Shown here in pieces: positions 20,041 through 30,036 of a stretch of DNA of 64,000 nucleotides. This stretch comes from Pelagomonas calceolata (Eukaryota): contig CAKKNE010000001.1 of assembly GCA_918797485.1 (NCBI GenBank), forward strand, positions 4,526,001 to 4,590,000, written 5' to 3'. Numbering within the stretch: position 1 is the stretch's first letter; the number at the start of each line of letters is the position of its first letter. The notes beneath the pieces are model-generated. The model did no database searches. It had not been told where the DNA came from and saw only the letters and a list, made by a program, of their open reading frames with translations. The translations under genes were made by a program, and so were the position numbers.

Positions 20041-22323
20041 ATGAAGACAATGCGCACCACGTTAGTGCTATGCGCGTGCAGCGTCGCCACCGCGCTCGTG
20101 CCTGACGGCAGCGCCACACAACGAATGAAACCGCAAAAGGTCGCGACGCTCGAACCGCCGCGCGTGGCGGCGCTGCCCAAGCTCCAATCATTGCCGCGGC
20201 CGGGCCTCGCCGCCGTAGAGGCCCAGCTCGCGCGTTTGACTCGGGACCCGCAAGAGCTCCTCGAGGCCGTCGTCGGTCTGCCGGGCCCGGAGACCTCGTA
20301 CGACCGCGACACGTTGGTCGACTTTTGGGCGCGCAGACCGGAGAAGGTGGTCAAGCGGGTCTTTGATTTCCTGAACGCGTTCCGACGGACGCGGAAGGCG
20401 TGGTCCGACGCGGACGGCGACCGCGGGAGTATATTAAGGGCCGAGCTCGCGCATCTGGGGCCCGTGGCGGTCAAGCTCGGCCAGACGCTGTCGCAGCGCC
20501 CGGATATTCTGCCCGAGGACGTCTGCGAGGCGTTGAAGGGGCTCCAAACGCAGAACCTGCCCTTTCCCGACGACGAGGCCTTCCAGGTCATCGCTGAAGA
20601 TTATAACGCGCCCGGACCGCTCGCGCCGGGCCACCCCTTCGCCCACGGCGATCCGAATGCCAAACCGCTCTTCGCGGAGTTTGGCCACACGTCCGTCGCT
20701 GCGGCATCGCTCGGCCAGGTCTACAAGGCCCGCACGTGGGACGGCCGCGACATTGCGGTGAAGGTCCAGCGGCCCGACGCCATGCGCCGCTGTTTGTTGG
20801 ACGGCGCGGTCATTATTCTGGCTCTGAAAGCGCTTCAGGGCCGCTACTGGAACGGCGACCTTCTCGCGATCTTCGACGAGACGGCGGGCGGCGTCATCGA
20901 GGAATTAGATTTTAGAAGAGAGGCCCAGAACGCGAAGACGTTTGGTGAGTCCATCGCCTGGCTTGGATACGCGCGCGTACCGGAGACGCTGCCCGAGCTG
21001 ACGACGCGGCGCGCCCTGGCCATGGAGTGGATCGAGGGGCGACACCTGCAAGATTTGAAGCCCGAAGAAGCGGCGCGGATGACTTATATGGCCGTTGAGG
21101 CCGTGACGGCTGGACTGTGTCTGACTGGATTGGTTCATGCCGATCCTCACGAGGGGAACATCATGCTGGCGGACAACGGCGACCTGGTGTTCCTGGATTT
21201 CGGCCTGATGTCCCGCGTCGACGCGGATATCTGCGAAGCCTTTGCCGCCGGGATCCAGTGCGTCCTCGCCAAGGATTATGTGGGTTTGGTCCAGGCTTTT
21301 CAGGACACGGGCTTCGTCGGGAGCCCGATTAATTGGCGCGCCAAGGACGGAGACGCCTGGCAGGACTACCATCCTTCTGGTAAACCTCTGCCCGCGGTCA
21401 TGGCCGAGGAGGTCGAGCGGCGCATGAGTGCGGCGCCCGAGACGGGGTCGCGCTTCGGCGCCTTGGCCGCGGTGCTGGGCGACATGGGCTTTACCTGGTA
21501 CATGTTCACGCCGCCCTACATCATTTTACTGACGCGGACGTTCCTGACGCTGGAGGGGATCGCCAACCAAGTCGACCCGGCTTTTAACGTGTATGAGGTC
21601 GCGCTCCCGTGGGCGGTGCGCCGGGCCTTGGCGCCGTCTACCGTTAAAGGTGCCGCGACGCTGCGTTCGAGCATCTTGACAGACGACGGCACGTTCCAGT
21701 GGGGGCGCGTCGACGACCTCGTCGCGGAGGCGACCGCCGACAATTCGCCGGAACCGGCGCCGACGGCGGAGATGGACGCGCCTAGCTCGGGCCGCGGCCG
21801 CCTCATGGCGGCCGAAGCGGCCCAGGCGAAGCCCCAGTTCGAGGGAGCGGACGCCGCGGCCCAGGCCGTCCACGCGGCCAAGCCGGCCGACGCGCTGACG
21901 ACGGTCCTGGGCTCGCCGGCGGGCTCCACGTTGCGGCGCGTCGCGCGCGACCTCGACTCGACTGATCTGCTGATCGGTCTGGCGCGCCGGCGGAACCGGC
22001 CGGCGCGACGTCTCGCCGTCGCGCGGCTATCAGCCGCCATCGACGCGTGGTGGACGAAAGAACCAGTAGCAGAGACATCCGCGGTCGCGTGGCCGCGGAG
22101 CTCCGACGCGCTGCGCCGCGACGCGCGGCAACGAAAATACGCGGGGCGGGTCGCGCGACTCCTCCTGCGCGGCCACGCCGGCCGCCAGCTGTCGGCGGGC
22201 ACGCGCGGCCTGCGCGCGACGGCTGCCCTCGCGTGGGTGGCGGTGAGGGTATCGGTTGACGCGGCGGCGCGCTCGCTCTGGCGAGGGGTCCGGTCCCTCG
22301 GGAGATCTAATGTGCAAACATAA
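20041..22323 (+). CDS. ABC1/UbiB atypical kinase, probably plastid-targeted
   Basis: LGPVAVKLGQTLSQRPD, AAASLGQVYKA, VKVQRP, EELDFRRE, HADPHEGN, LDFG. Confidence 0.93.
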   Translation: MKTMRTTLVLCACSVATALVPDGSATQRMKPQKVATLEPPRVAALPKLQSLPRPGLAAVEAQLARLTRDPQELLEAVVGLPGPETSYDRDTLVDFWARRPEKVVKRVFDFLNAFRRTRKAWSDADGDRGSILRAELAHLGPVAVKLGQTLSQRPDILPEDVCEALKGLQTQNLPFPDDEAFQVIAEDYNAPGPLAPGHPFAHGDPNAKPLFAEFGHTSVAAASLGQVYKARTWDGRDIAVKVQRPDAMRRCLLDGAVIILALKALQGRYWNGDLLAIFDETAGGVIEELDFRREAQNAKTFGESIAWLGYARVPETLPELTTRRALAMEWIEGRHLQDLKPEEAARMTYMAVEAVTAGLCLTGLVHADPHEGNIMLADNGDLVFLDFGLMSRVDADICEAFAAGIQCVLAKDYVGLVQAFQDTGFVGSPINWRAKDGDAWQDYHPSGKPLPAVMAEEVERRMSAAPETGSRFGALAAVLGDMGFTWYMFTPPYIILLTRTFLTLEGIANQVDPAFNVYEVALPWAVRRALAPSTVKGAATLRSSILTDDGTFQWGRVDDLVAEATADNSPEPAPTAEMDAPSSGRGRLMAAEAAQAKPQFEGADAAAQAVHAAKPADALTTVLGSPAGSTLRRVARDLDSTDLLIGLARRRNRPARRLAVARLSAAIDAWWTKEPVAETSAVAWPRSSDALRRDARQRKYAGRVARLLLRGHAGRQLSAGTRGLRATAALAWVAVRVSVDAAARSLWRGVRSLGRSNVQT

Positions 22324-22327
22324 TTTA

Positions 22328-23290
22328 CTACGAGCAGTACTTATCCCGCCGCCCACGATTCCGGTATTTTTTGCTCTCCTTCGCGGAGTACAGGACAGTT
22401 TCCAGCTTCTCGGGAAAAAAACCGACGACGTCCGCGCGGCCGAGGTACGCGTAGATGCGGCGGAGCAGGGCTATCTCATGAGACAGCCCCACGCCCAATA
22501 CGCCATCGCGCGTTTTTGTTTCAACGCCAAGCATGCGCGCGGTGCGAAAAAAACAGGGCGGGAAGGACCACCTGTTCTGGGGCGTCAGCGCGGCCCCGTA
22601 TCTATCCAAGAACTTGCGGTCCCACCTTTTACCCCTGTCTACCCAGAGGCAGAAGAAGTCGCCGTCCGTGATGCGCCTGGTTTGCCTCTTGAGCTCCATT
22701 ATCAACACTCCTTGCGCCGTCAAGACTCTGTCATCCTGCATTCGTCGGAGCCCCTGGTCAAAGATCGCGAGTCCCAGAGCTGTCTGTTGATGGGGCAGCA
22801 TACCAAAGCGCGTCTTAAGCTCTTTCGTCGAGACCGCGTCGAAGGCGACGCCGCGAAGCTGCAGCATAGCGATAATGACCCCCCATCCGTGGCCCAAAGC
22901 AACGTGTCGCTCCCAAAGCGAAGTACCGCTTCTCACCACGCCGAGAAGCAGCGTGTCGACGTGGCCATGAAAAGTAGACCGCTTCTCCGGGTCTGCGCCG
23001 GCGTCGAGGAGCTTCCGGATCTGGTTATTATGCGACGGTGCTATTTCGGTGTTGATGCACATCCAATAGTAAATCGGCGTGACGATGCCTCCGTCGACGC
23101 GCAGGAGATCGTTGATATGCGCGACCGCGTCGGCGGCGTCCGGAGCGCGTAAATCGAAGCCGCCGCCGGTGTTGGCTACCAAGCTGCCGAGGACGGTTTG
23201 ACGCGAGCGGCAGTAAATGAGCGTCGGATGCGTCTCCACGGTCCACCGCACCTCAGCCGCGCGGCGGCAGGTCCGGCTGCTGCGCGACAT
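22328..23290 (-). CDS. Hypothetical protein
   Basis: 320-aa ORF with one ankyrin-like fragment (KLLDAGADP); upstream promoter motif at 23503; an antisense ORF of similar length also exists. Confidence 0.5.
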   Translation of the reverse strand: MSRSSRTCRRAAEVRWTVETHPTLIYCRSRQTVLGSLVANTGGGFDLRAPDAADAVAHINDLLRVDGGIVTPIYYWMCINTEIAPSHNNQIRKLLDAGADPEKRSTFHGHVDTLLLGVVRSGTSLWERHVALGHGWGVIIAMLQLRGVAFDAVSTKELKTRFGMLPHQQTALGLAIFDQGLRRMQDDRVLTAQGVLIMELKRQTRRITDGDFFCLWVDRGKRWDRKFLDRYGAALTPQNRWSFPPCFFRTARMLGVETKTRDGVLGVGLSHEIALLRRIYAYLGRADVVGFFPEKLETVLYSAKESKKYRNRGRRDKYCS

Positions 23291-23502
23291 TATTATTTCC
23301 AGCCGTTCGGGTCGCCGCGACGCGTTATGAGGAGTAACTCCCTGCAGAGCACTGCTGAGATATGCGCCGCTAGCGCGTGAGCAGTGAGATTGGCCTTCGG
23401 TTCAACGAGTGCTGCTACGGGGTACTATTCCAAACGCGTCGGCCTGCCTGTAAGCGGTTCTGTAGCTGTGAAAAAGCTGGTAAAAGACCAGCAGTGCTGC
23501 TC

Positions 23503-23524
23503 GCTAGTGTCTTACCGCGCTAGC
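23503..23524. promoter_or_regulatory. Conserved intergenic CTAG-pair motif
   Basis: gctagtgtcttaccgcgctagc upstream of RECQL4. Confidence 0.65.
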
Positions 23525-23716
23525 TTTCAAGCGGCAGCCGCGCCCAGCGTAAACTACGCCAAATAGGTGGCACTGAGACCTTGCAGGCCTGCAAGGCCTC
23601 CACAGCACTCCGCCGGCCAGCGCTGTAGGAGCAGACTGCACAAAAAACCGCCGCGCGGCTGGTTTTGGCGGCAAGAGCGCCTGAGCGCGCAAAAGCGCCC
23701 GCACGACTGGAAAGCG

Positions 23717-26700
23717 ATGGAACGAGGCGTCATCCCCGAGTCTCCGGAGGCTCAACGAGTCGTGCCTGAGAGTCCGCAGCGACGAGCGTTCCCGTCGATG
23801 CGGCCCGGCGGGCCGAGGCTGCCGTCGATGCGGCGGCCGGGCGCCAAGCCGGCGCGGCGGCCCGTCGCGCGACGCGCACGGGACGGCGGCTCGTCGTCGT
23901 CGTCGGAGAGCGAGCAGGAGGTCTCGGTCATCGCCGGGCCGCCGGGCCGGCGGCGCCGCGCGCCGGACGCGCCGCCGCCACCCCTGCCGCGGCCGGCGGC
24001 GGCGCCCACCGCCGTGAAGAAGGCGGCCAGCTGGACCGGCGCCGAGCGCGCCGCGGCCTGGGGCGCGGCGGCGGCGACCGAGGCGCCGCCGGCGCCACTA
24101 GCGGCCCCGCACATGGAGGAGGACGACGCGCCGACCGAGCGCGCGCGGCGCAACTTGCAAGCCGCGTTGAATCAGCCGTCCCAGCAGGATTTGAACGAGC
24201 CGGACGCGGACGCGGCGCCGCCGCAAGACGACCATGAAGTGGCGCCCTGGAAGCGCCTCGAGAATAAAAGTAGAGCCGCGACGGGCCGGAAGCGGGCCCA
24301 AGCACTAGGTCAAGTCTCGGACAATTTTGTCAGGCTAGACCTCACGCGAAAAGGCACCTACCGCAAGCGCCCCACGAAAAAGAATGATAGGCGCAAGTTC
24401 GAGCGGCAGTACGCTCGGGACGATGGTGATGTCGGTTCCAGAACGACGGCTCGCCGAGCCATTGATGGAGACTACCACCAGGGCGTTGATGTGATTGGAG
24501 AGGATGCATGTATCGAGGAGGCCAAGAAGGGTTTGGATGAACCGGAACTGACGGGCTACGACTCCGAACATTTATATACGATCCACGCTCCCAGGTGTTC
24601 GGTGCATGGCGTGCCCGCTCGCGTGCTGAAAGTGAAGAAGGCCAAGAACGGTAACAAGGGACGACGCTTCTACTGCTGCGCACGACCTCGAGAAGACCAG
24701 TGCGACCACTTCGGTTGGTGCGAGGACCACGCGCCGGCCGTTGCAGCTGTCTTGAAAGCTAGGTCATCATTACTAGATTGGCGCAGCCGCGCCGTGGACG
24801 AGAGGCATAAACAGCGCGAGGCGTGGTCCGTCGCCGAGATCAAGGCCGAGCTGAGGCGAAGGCGCGTGCCGTACACGTCGGGCCAGCGGAAGCGGGCGTT
24901 GCTGGGCTTATTGCGGACCGACGACGCGAAACGCTTGGGCCAGCCGCCGCGCACGGTGCCTCCTCCACCAGTAGTGGAGAAGAAGAAGAAGAGGAAGAAG
25001 CGCGTCGCGAGGAAGCGGGCGCGCGTCGACGATGAGGAGGCGGCCGACGACGACGAGCCCACGGAGGAGCCGCCGCCGCGCCGCCGGAGCGCCACGAAGC
25101 TCGCGGAGGACGAGGAAGCTGTGGAAGCGACGGCGCGGCCGCGGCGCGCCGCCTCGAAGCGCGCGATCGTCGAGAGCAGCAGCGACGACGAGGACGACGC
25201 GTCGTCATCGGACGAGGAGTCGGAGTCGTCGGAGTCCGAGTCGGAGGAAGAGGAAGCGATCGAAGCGGCGCCGAAGCGGCCGCGCGGCCCGCCGCCGACC
25301 GCGGCCGAGTTATTAGGGGCGCTGCCGCCGAACGAGCGGCCGGTCGTCGCGCCGCCGGCCGCCGCGCCAGTAGTGGCCAAGGCCGCGGACGACTCCGACT
25401 CGGACGCCGACCTCGAGATTGTCGGCGCGCCCCAGAAACAACCGCAACTGGCGCCGAGCGATGTCTTAAGGAGCGTCTTCGGCCACGAGCAGTACCGGAC
25501 GGGCCAGGAGTGGGCCGTCGATAGAGTGCTCGAGGGCAAGTCGGCTTTATGTGTCCTACCGACGGGCGCCGGCAAGTCGCTGTGCTACCAGCTCCCCGCT
25601 TGTTTGGTGAAGGGCGTCGTTGTTGTGGTCTCACCTCTAGTCGCATTAATAGACGAGCAGCTCTCGCGACTGCCGCCCGAGTTGCCCGCAGTAGCTTTGT
25701 CCGGCAGACACGGCGCTACATTAAGGCAGCGCGTCCAGGCTTTGGATGATGTGGAGAAGGGCCGCGCCAAGGTCGTCTTCGTCTCGCCGGAGCGACTAGG
25801 TACAAGAGCGTTACACAGATGCTTCGAGTCCGTCGAGTGTTCTCTCCTCGTAGTGGACGAGGCCCACTGCGTCAGCCAGTGGTCGCACAACTTCCGGCCG
25901 GCCTTTCTGAAGGTAGGAGACGTCGCAAGGACAAAAATAAAACCTCGATGCACGCTGGCGTTGACGGCGACGGCCTCGCAAGCGGTCATGAAAGATGTCT
26001 GCGACACGCTGGGGTTGAACAACACACCTCATGACGAGGGCGGCGACGTGTTTGCGCATTCCTGGAGACGGGACAATTTGAGACTGAGCGTCACGGACTG
26101 TTGCGACGAGCAAGCAAAACTAGATACCTTATGTCGATTACTAGGAGCGAAGGATGATGGTGGAGACGTGGCGACGCGCGGCGAGGCGACGAAGAAGCGG
26201 CGCCGGAGTGCTGAAGGGTCGTCCGTCGTTTACGTCAGGACGCAGTTCGATAGTGAACGCGTCGCGGAGCAGCTTAGGGACAGAGGCGTCGAAGCGAGAC
26301 CTTATCATGCGGGCCTATCCGCGGGTGATAGAAGAAACGTAGCTCGCGACTTCGCGAGGAACACGTGCAAATGTGTCGTCGCGACGGTGGCGTTCGGGAT
26401 GGGCGTAGACAAAGCAGATGTCCGGAGGGTCGTGCACTATTCTTTACCTACATCTCTGGAGAGGTACGTTCAAGAGGTTGGACGGGCTGGGAGAGATGGT
26501 GATGAGGCTCACTGTAATTTACTCTTAGATAAGGCTGACATACGGAGGTCGGCGGCTCTCGCGTATGGCGATGGCGTGGAAAGGATGCAGATCCTGGAGT
26601 TACTCCGTTCGCTAAAAGTGGGCTATGTGGCGTGGCCCATTGATGATTGTGCGGAACGATTGGATCTGCGGGTGGAGGCCCTCGAGACGATCGCGACCAT

Positions 26701-27604
26701 CGTAGAACGTCATAGCAGTGTGGACGCGTCGTGCTGCGGGCGGTCTCCCGATAGAGCTAGGATACGATTGCGAGCGAAAGATGCGATTAACCAGCCCGTG
26801 TTGAAGGCCTTACGCGAGGGTGGGCTGGTACCGGAGCCTAGGAGACGGGACGGGAAAGAGGAAGATGAGCAACGAGACAGAACGTTGCACGGCCCCTACT
26901 CGGTTAGTGAAGCGGCTCACTCATTACAAGCGGCGCCGTGGGTCTGTCGGAGGGATTTAGAACGGTTGAGGGACGGCAAGAAGATCGACCTGGAACTGTC
27001 AGGATGGTCGCTATTGCTGAAAGTAGATCGACTGGATATATCTGTTGATGCTTTAGCTTCACAAGTGTATGACGAATTACAGAGAATCGAGGCCGCCTCC
27101 TTGAAAAGACTAGATGTGGCCTGCGACGCCTTCGCCAAGGCCGTCGAGGACCCGTCAACACTACAACCGCGCGTCGACGCGTACTTTGAAGGTAATAGTG
27201 ATGCAGGTGACGGTGTGCGCTCCGCATTCAATGATATTGATTCCGAAGCGGTCGCTAGGACGGTCCAATCCTTAGCGCAGGACCCCAAGATCCGCGAAGA
27301 ATCGTCGCTGGCGCCTTCTCTGAGAAGAGACCGGCACTACCTCGCGCGATGTGTTTCTAGGCTACTCCACGGCGTGCCGTCGGCGGCCTTCGCGTCGCGG
27401 GACTGGCGCCAGTCCCAATTCTGGGGCCGCCACGCCGATGTCAGTTTTGCGGACGTGAGGAGGGCGGCGCTCGGCGCGCTCGCTTCCGTTGAGCAGTCCG
27501 AGGACGACGCTTTTTGGTCTGCTGCGGCCGACGCGGCGGATGCGGCGGCGGCGGCTGCTCAGGACGACTCCTCCTCGGACGACGAGCTCGAAATAGTTTA
27601 TTAA
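23717..27604 (+). CDS. RECQL4: RecQ4-like ATP-dependent DNA helicase with GRF zinc finger
   Basis: LPTGAGKSLCYQLP, VDEAHCVSQWSHNFRP, ATVAFGMGVDK, QEVGRAGRDG; RecQ4-type SDNFVRLDL and C-terminal RLLHGVPS...FWG; GRF finger C..H...NKGRRFYCC...C.HF.W. Confidence 0.88.
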   Translation: MERGVIPESPEAQRVVPESPQRRAFPSMRPGGPRLPSMRRPGAKPARRPVARRARDGGSSSSSESEQEVSVIAGPPGRRRRAPDAPPPPLPRPAAAPTAVKKAASWTGAERAAAWGAAAATEAPPAPLAAPHMEEDDAPTERARRNLQAALNQPSQQDLNEPDADAAPPQDDHEVAPWKRLENKSRAATGRKRAQALGQVSDNFVRLDLTRKGTYRKRPTKKNDRRKFERQYARDDGDVGSRTTARRAIDGDYHQGVDVIGEDACIEEAKKGLDEPELTGYDSEHLYTIHAPRCSVHGVPARVLKVKKAKNGNKGRRFYCCARPREDQCDHFGWCEDHAPAVAAVLKARSSLLDWRSRAVDERHKQREAWSVAEIKAELRRRRVPYTSGQRKRALLGLLRTDDAKRLGQPPRTVPPPPVVEKKKKRKKRVARKRARVDDEEAADDDEPTEEPPPRRRSATKLAEDEEAVEATARPRRAASKRAIVESSSDDEDDASSSDEESESSESESEEEEAIEAAPKRPRGPPPTAAELLGALPPNERPVVAPPAAAPVVAKAADDSDSDADLEIVGAPQKQPQLAPSDVLRSVFGHEQYRTGQEWAVDRVLEGKSALCVLPTGAGKSLCYQLPACLVKGVVVVVSPLVALIDEQLSRLPPELPAVALSGRHGATLRQRVQALDDVEKGRAKVVFVSPERLGTRALHRCFESVECSLLVVDEAHCVSQWSHNFRPAFLKVGDVARTKIKPRCTLALTATASQAVMKDVCDTLGLNNTPHDEGGDVFAHSWRRDNLRLSVTDCCDEQAKLDTLCRLLGAKDDGGDVATRGEATKKRRRSAEGSSVVYVRTQFDSERVAEQLRDRGVEARPYHAGLSAGDRRNVARDFARNTCKCVVATVAFGMGVDKADVRRVVHYSLPTSLERYVQEVGRAGRDGDEAHCNLLLDKADIRRSAALAYGDGVERMQILELLRSLKVGYVAWPIDDCAERLDLRVEALETIATIVERHSSVDASCCGRSPDRARIRLRAKDAINQPVLKALREGGLVPEPRRRDGKEEDEQRDRTLHGPYSVSEAAHSLQAAPWVCRRDLERLRDGKKIDLELSGWSLLLKVDRLDISVDALASQVYDELQRIEAASLKRLDVACDAFAKAVEDPSTLQPRVDAYFEGNSDAGDGVRSAFNDIDSEAVARTVQSLAQDPKIREESSLAPSLRRDRHYLARCVSRLLHGVPSAAFASRDWRQSQFWGRHADVSFADVRRAALGALASVEQSEDDAFWSAAADAADAAAAAAQDDSSSDDELEIVY

Positions 27605-27618
27605 CAGTCTGTGTCACA

Positions 27619-28251
27619 TTACTCACTTGGCCGCCAGGCCAGCGCCTTCCTACATAATTTCAGGAGGTACTTCGTGTGGTTCTGCAAAGCCCGCGTCATC
27701 TTGTCCGTGAAGCTCCCGAACTTCTCGGGGTAATTTGTTAGAGCGCCACTCCAAAACCGCGAGGCCTTGGTGACGAAGGTCTGGATGCCGTTGGCCATGT
27801 ATTGCAAGACCCCCGACGCCTTCTTCGAGAGCTCATCTTCATCTCTAGGAGAAATCCCCGCCGTCGTGCCGACCGTGTCCCTCCGTCGCGCGGCAGCTAA
27901 AGCTTTCTTCTTCCTCTGTTCATTCGTGTCCGCCGCGCGTAGCAACGCGAAGCGCACGCCGACGTCGCAGAGCGGCAATTTGCCCTCGCGCGTCATTTTT
28001 GCGGTGGCTTGGGCGTAGCCTAAACACGCGTAGGTAAAACCCTCGCTCGGCTTGTCGTCCTTCTGCTGGTCGTCGTTCTTCGCGATCTTTTCCAGGGCCT
28101 CGGCGCCCGCTTTTAGTTCGCCTCTCCGTCCGAAGCAGTAGGGCGGCCGGCCCGCCGACTTCATCTCGCTCGTGAACCAGAGCAGGCCGGCGCAGCTGCT
28201 GACCGGGGCCGGTGCTGGTGTTGGTGGGGGGGCGTCCTGCTCCTTGGCCAT
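27619..28251 (-). CDS. Hypothetical protein with spaced Cys motifs
   Basis: ORF with SCAGLLWF, PYCFG, FTYACLGY, PLCDVG; typical codon usage. Confidence 0.65.
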   Translation of the reverse strand: MAKEQDAPPPTPAPAPVSSCAGLLWFTSEMKSAGRPPYCFGRRGELKAGAEALEKIAKNDDQQKDDKPSEGFTYACLGYAQATAKMTREGKLPLCDVGVRFALLRAADTNEQRKKKALAAARRRDTVGTTAGISPRDEDELSKKASGVLQYMANGIQTFVTKASRFWSGALTNYPEKFGSFTDKMTRALQNHTKYLLKLCRKALAWRPSE

Positions 28252-28625
28252 TTTTTTGGGGTTCGCCCCGCTGGCGTGCTCTGCTGGCAACTGCTCTCCA
28301 CGGCTGTAGCGGGCGCAGACAGATGCCGCAACCGACTGAAGCGACTGTGGCCACGTGCAGGCGTCTCGCGTTCCCTACGAATAACCCCCTGCCGTCTGAA
28401 TGAGGCGTACGGCCCGCTGCGTCGATCGACTGCGCAATTATCTAGCGTAACAACATTACTAGGACCAATTAATTTTCAAAGCCGGCACCCGGCCAAGCCA
28501 GTCAAGCGCTGCCCGCAACGCCATACGAGCTTGCATACGTCCACACGGCACCGCCCGAAACGCGCGAGGACCGCACGCCGTCGCCGCGCCGCCAGAGAGG
28601 GCAGCCCCCTCGGACACAGCCAACC

Positions 28626-29120
28626 ATGCGCGCGGCTCTGCTCCTCCTCGGCTGCCTGAGCAGCACGCAAGCGGGCCTCTGGGGCAAGACCGAGAAGAAG
28701 AAGAAGCGGCGAAAGGCGCCGGACCCGCACCGCTTCGACGGCGAAATGCGCCGCGAGTGGTGCACGAAGGAGCGGCGCAATTCCGATTTGTGCCGGTCGC
28801 GGGACATGGAACTTTGGGTGGACACCCATGATTTCTGGCTCATGCACGAGAACTATTGTGAGGACGAGAAGCGCGCGGACCGGCCGCCCTGCATTCGATT
28901 GGAGCGGTCTCCCAAATCCCCGCGGAGCACCACACGCGAAAACCGCGACCGCCGGGAGCGGTGGTCCTACGGCCCGCGCGAGCCGCGCCTGCCGCACCAC
29001 CCGGAGGACGAGGGCTGGGACCGCGACAATGCGGGCCCCGGCCGGCGAAGACATTCCGGGCCGCGCGAGGGCGAAACGGAGCCGACGCGGGCGCATCCCT
29101 ACGTGAAGCCGGAGCTTTAA
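28626..29120 (+). CDS. Hypothetical secreted protein
   Basis: Signal peptide MRAALLLLGCLSSTQA; two short Cys-pair repeats (M..EWC...C, M.ENYC...C). Confidence 0.6.
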   Translation: MRAALLLLGCLSSTQAGLWGKTEKKKKRRKAPDPHRFDGEMRREWCTKERRNSDLCRSRDMELWVDTHDFWLMHENYCEDEKRADRPPCIRLERSPKSPRSTTRENRDRRERWSYGPREPRLPHHPEDEGWDRDNAGPGRRRHSGPREGETEPTRAHPYVKPEL

Positions 29121-29142
29121 ATTGACTTCTTACTCTGGTTTG

Positions 29143-29165
29143 GCTAGTGGTGTAAGACACTAGCA
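29143..29165. promoter_or_regulatory. Conserved intergenic CTAG-pair motif
   Basis: gctagtggtgtaagacactagca upstream of the FKBP gene. Confidence 0.62.
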
Positions 29166-29279
29166 AGAGTCTCACACCGGAGCTCGTGCCGCTGCACACG
29201 CCGCTACGCAGTTAGCGATCGATATACAATCCAAATCGAGACCAAAACGGGCACTTTTCGCAGCTGCAGGCCACAGATC

Positions 29280-29369
29280 GTAAGGCAGGCACTGCTCTGT
29301 GTTGCTTGGGACGTGTGCTCTCACACTCAACTACTTGCACACACCATCGACGCGACGTGAGAAGCGCAG
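29280..29369 (+). other. Candidate 5'-UTR intron carrying the introner core
   Basis: gtaagg donor at 29280, acaccatcgacgcgac at 29341-29356, gcgcag acceptor 18 nt before the FKBP ATG. Confidence 0.45.
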
Positions 29370-29387
29370 ACGCTGCGTAGACCATCC

Positions 29388-30023
29388 ATGGGCCACGTGC
29401 TCCTGGTTGCTGCAGCCTGGGTGCTTGCGCGTAGCGATGCGGTGCTGCATAGAACAATGAACAGACGTCACGCCCTCGCAGTAATTGCTCTCACGCCCGT
29501 GCCAGCGAATGCAGACGAGGCCGTCGAGCTGCCGAACGGATGCACCTACGCGAAAGTCTCCGACGGCTCCGGACCCGTGCCGAAAAGGGGAGACGTCGTC
29601 GCCGTGCGCCTTCGCGGATTGCTCGAGAGCGGCGCCGTGTTCCTCGATTCCTTTAACGAGGGCGGCCCGGTCCTCTTCGAGCTCGGCTCGATCGTTTCCG
29701 CGCCGCGCGTCGACGGCCGAGTCACACCCGGCGTCGACGCCGCGGTAGCGCAAATGCGCGCCGGCGAAGTCGGGCGTCTCATCGTGCCGTACGATGCGGG
29801 CTACGGCCCGGGGCTGAGCTTGTATGGAACGCGGAAAGCTGGGCTCAAGACGCGGTGGGTTCCCTCCGGCGAGACGCTCCGCTACGAGATCGAATTGTTG
29901 AGGTGCCGCGACGTCGGCGGGAAGTTTAGCGGGGACGGCGCGCGGGTCTGCTGCAGCGACAGGAAGTTTCCCTGTCCCGGGCCGGACACGGATGGCGGCG
30001 ACGCGGAGATGACTAGGTCCTAA
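29388..30023 (+). CDS. FKBP-type peptidyl-prolyl isomerase, likely thylakoid lumen
   Basis: Twin-arginine NRRHAL...ANA; G.L..G.VF.DS, PGVDAAVAQMRAGEVGRLIVP...GYG, L.YEIELL. Confidence 0.88.
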   Translation: MGHVLLVAAAWVLARSDAVLHRTMNRRHALAVIALTPVPANADEAVELPNGCTYAKVSDGSGPVPKRGDVVAVRLRGLLESGAVFLDSFNEGGPVLFELGSIVSAPRVDGRVTPGVDAAVAQMRAGEVGRLIVPYDAGYGPGLSLYGTRKAGLKTRWVPSGETLRYEIELLRCRDVGGKFSGDGARVCCSDRKFPCPGPDTDGGDAEMTRS

Positions 30024-30036
30024 ATGTTTGTGACTG

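Noticed and set aside
22256..23152. 298-aa plus-strand ORF
   Set aside because: Antisense to the 22328-23290 ORF and overlaps the ABC1 kinase end; no motif support.
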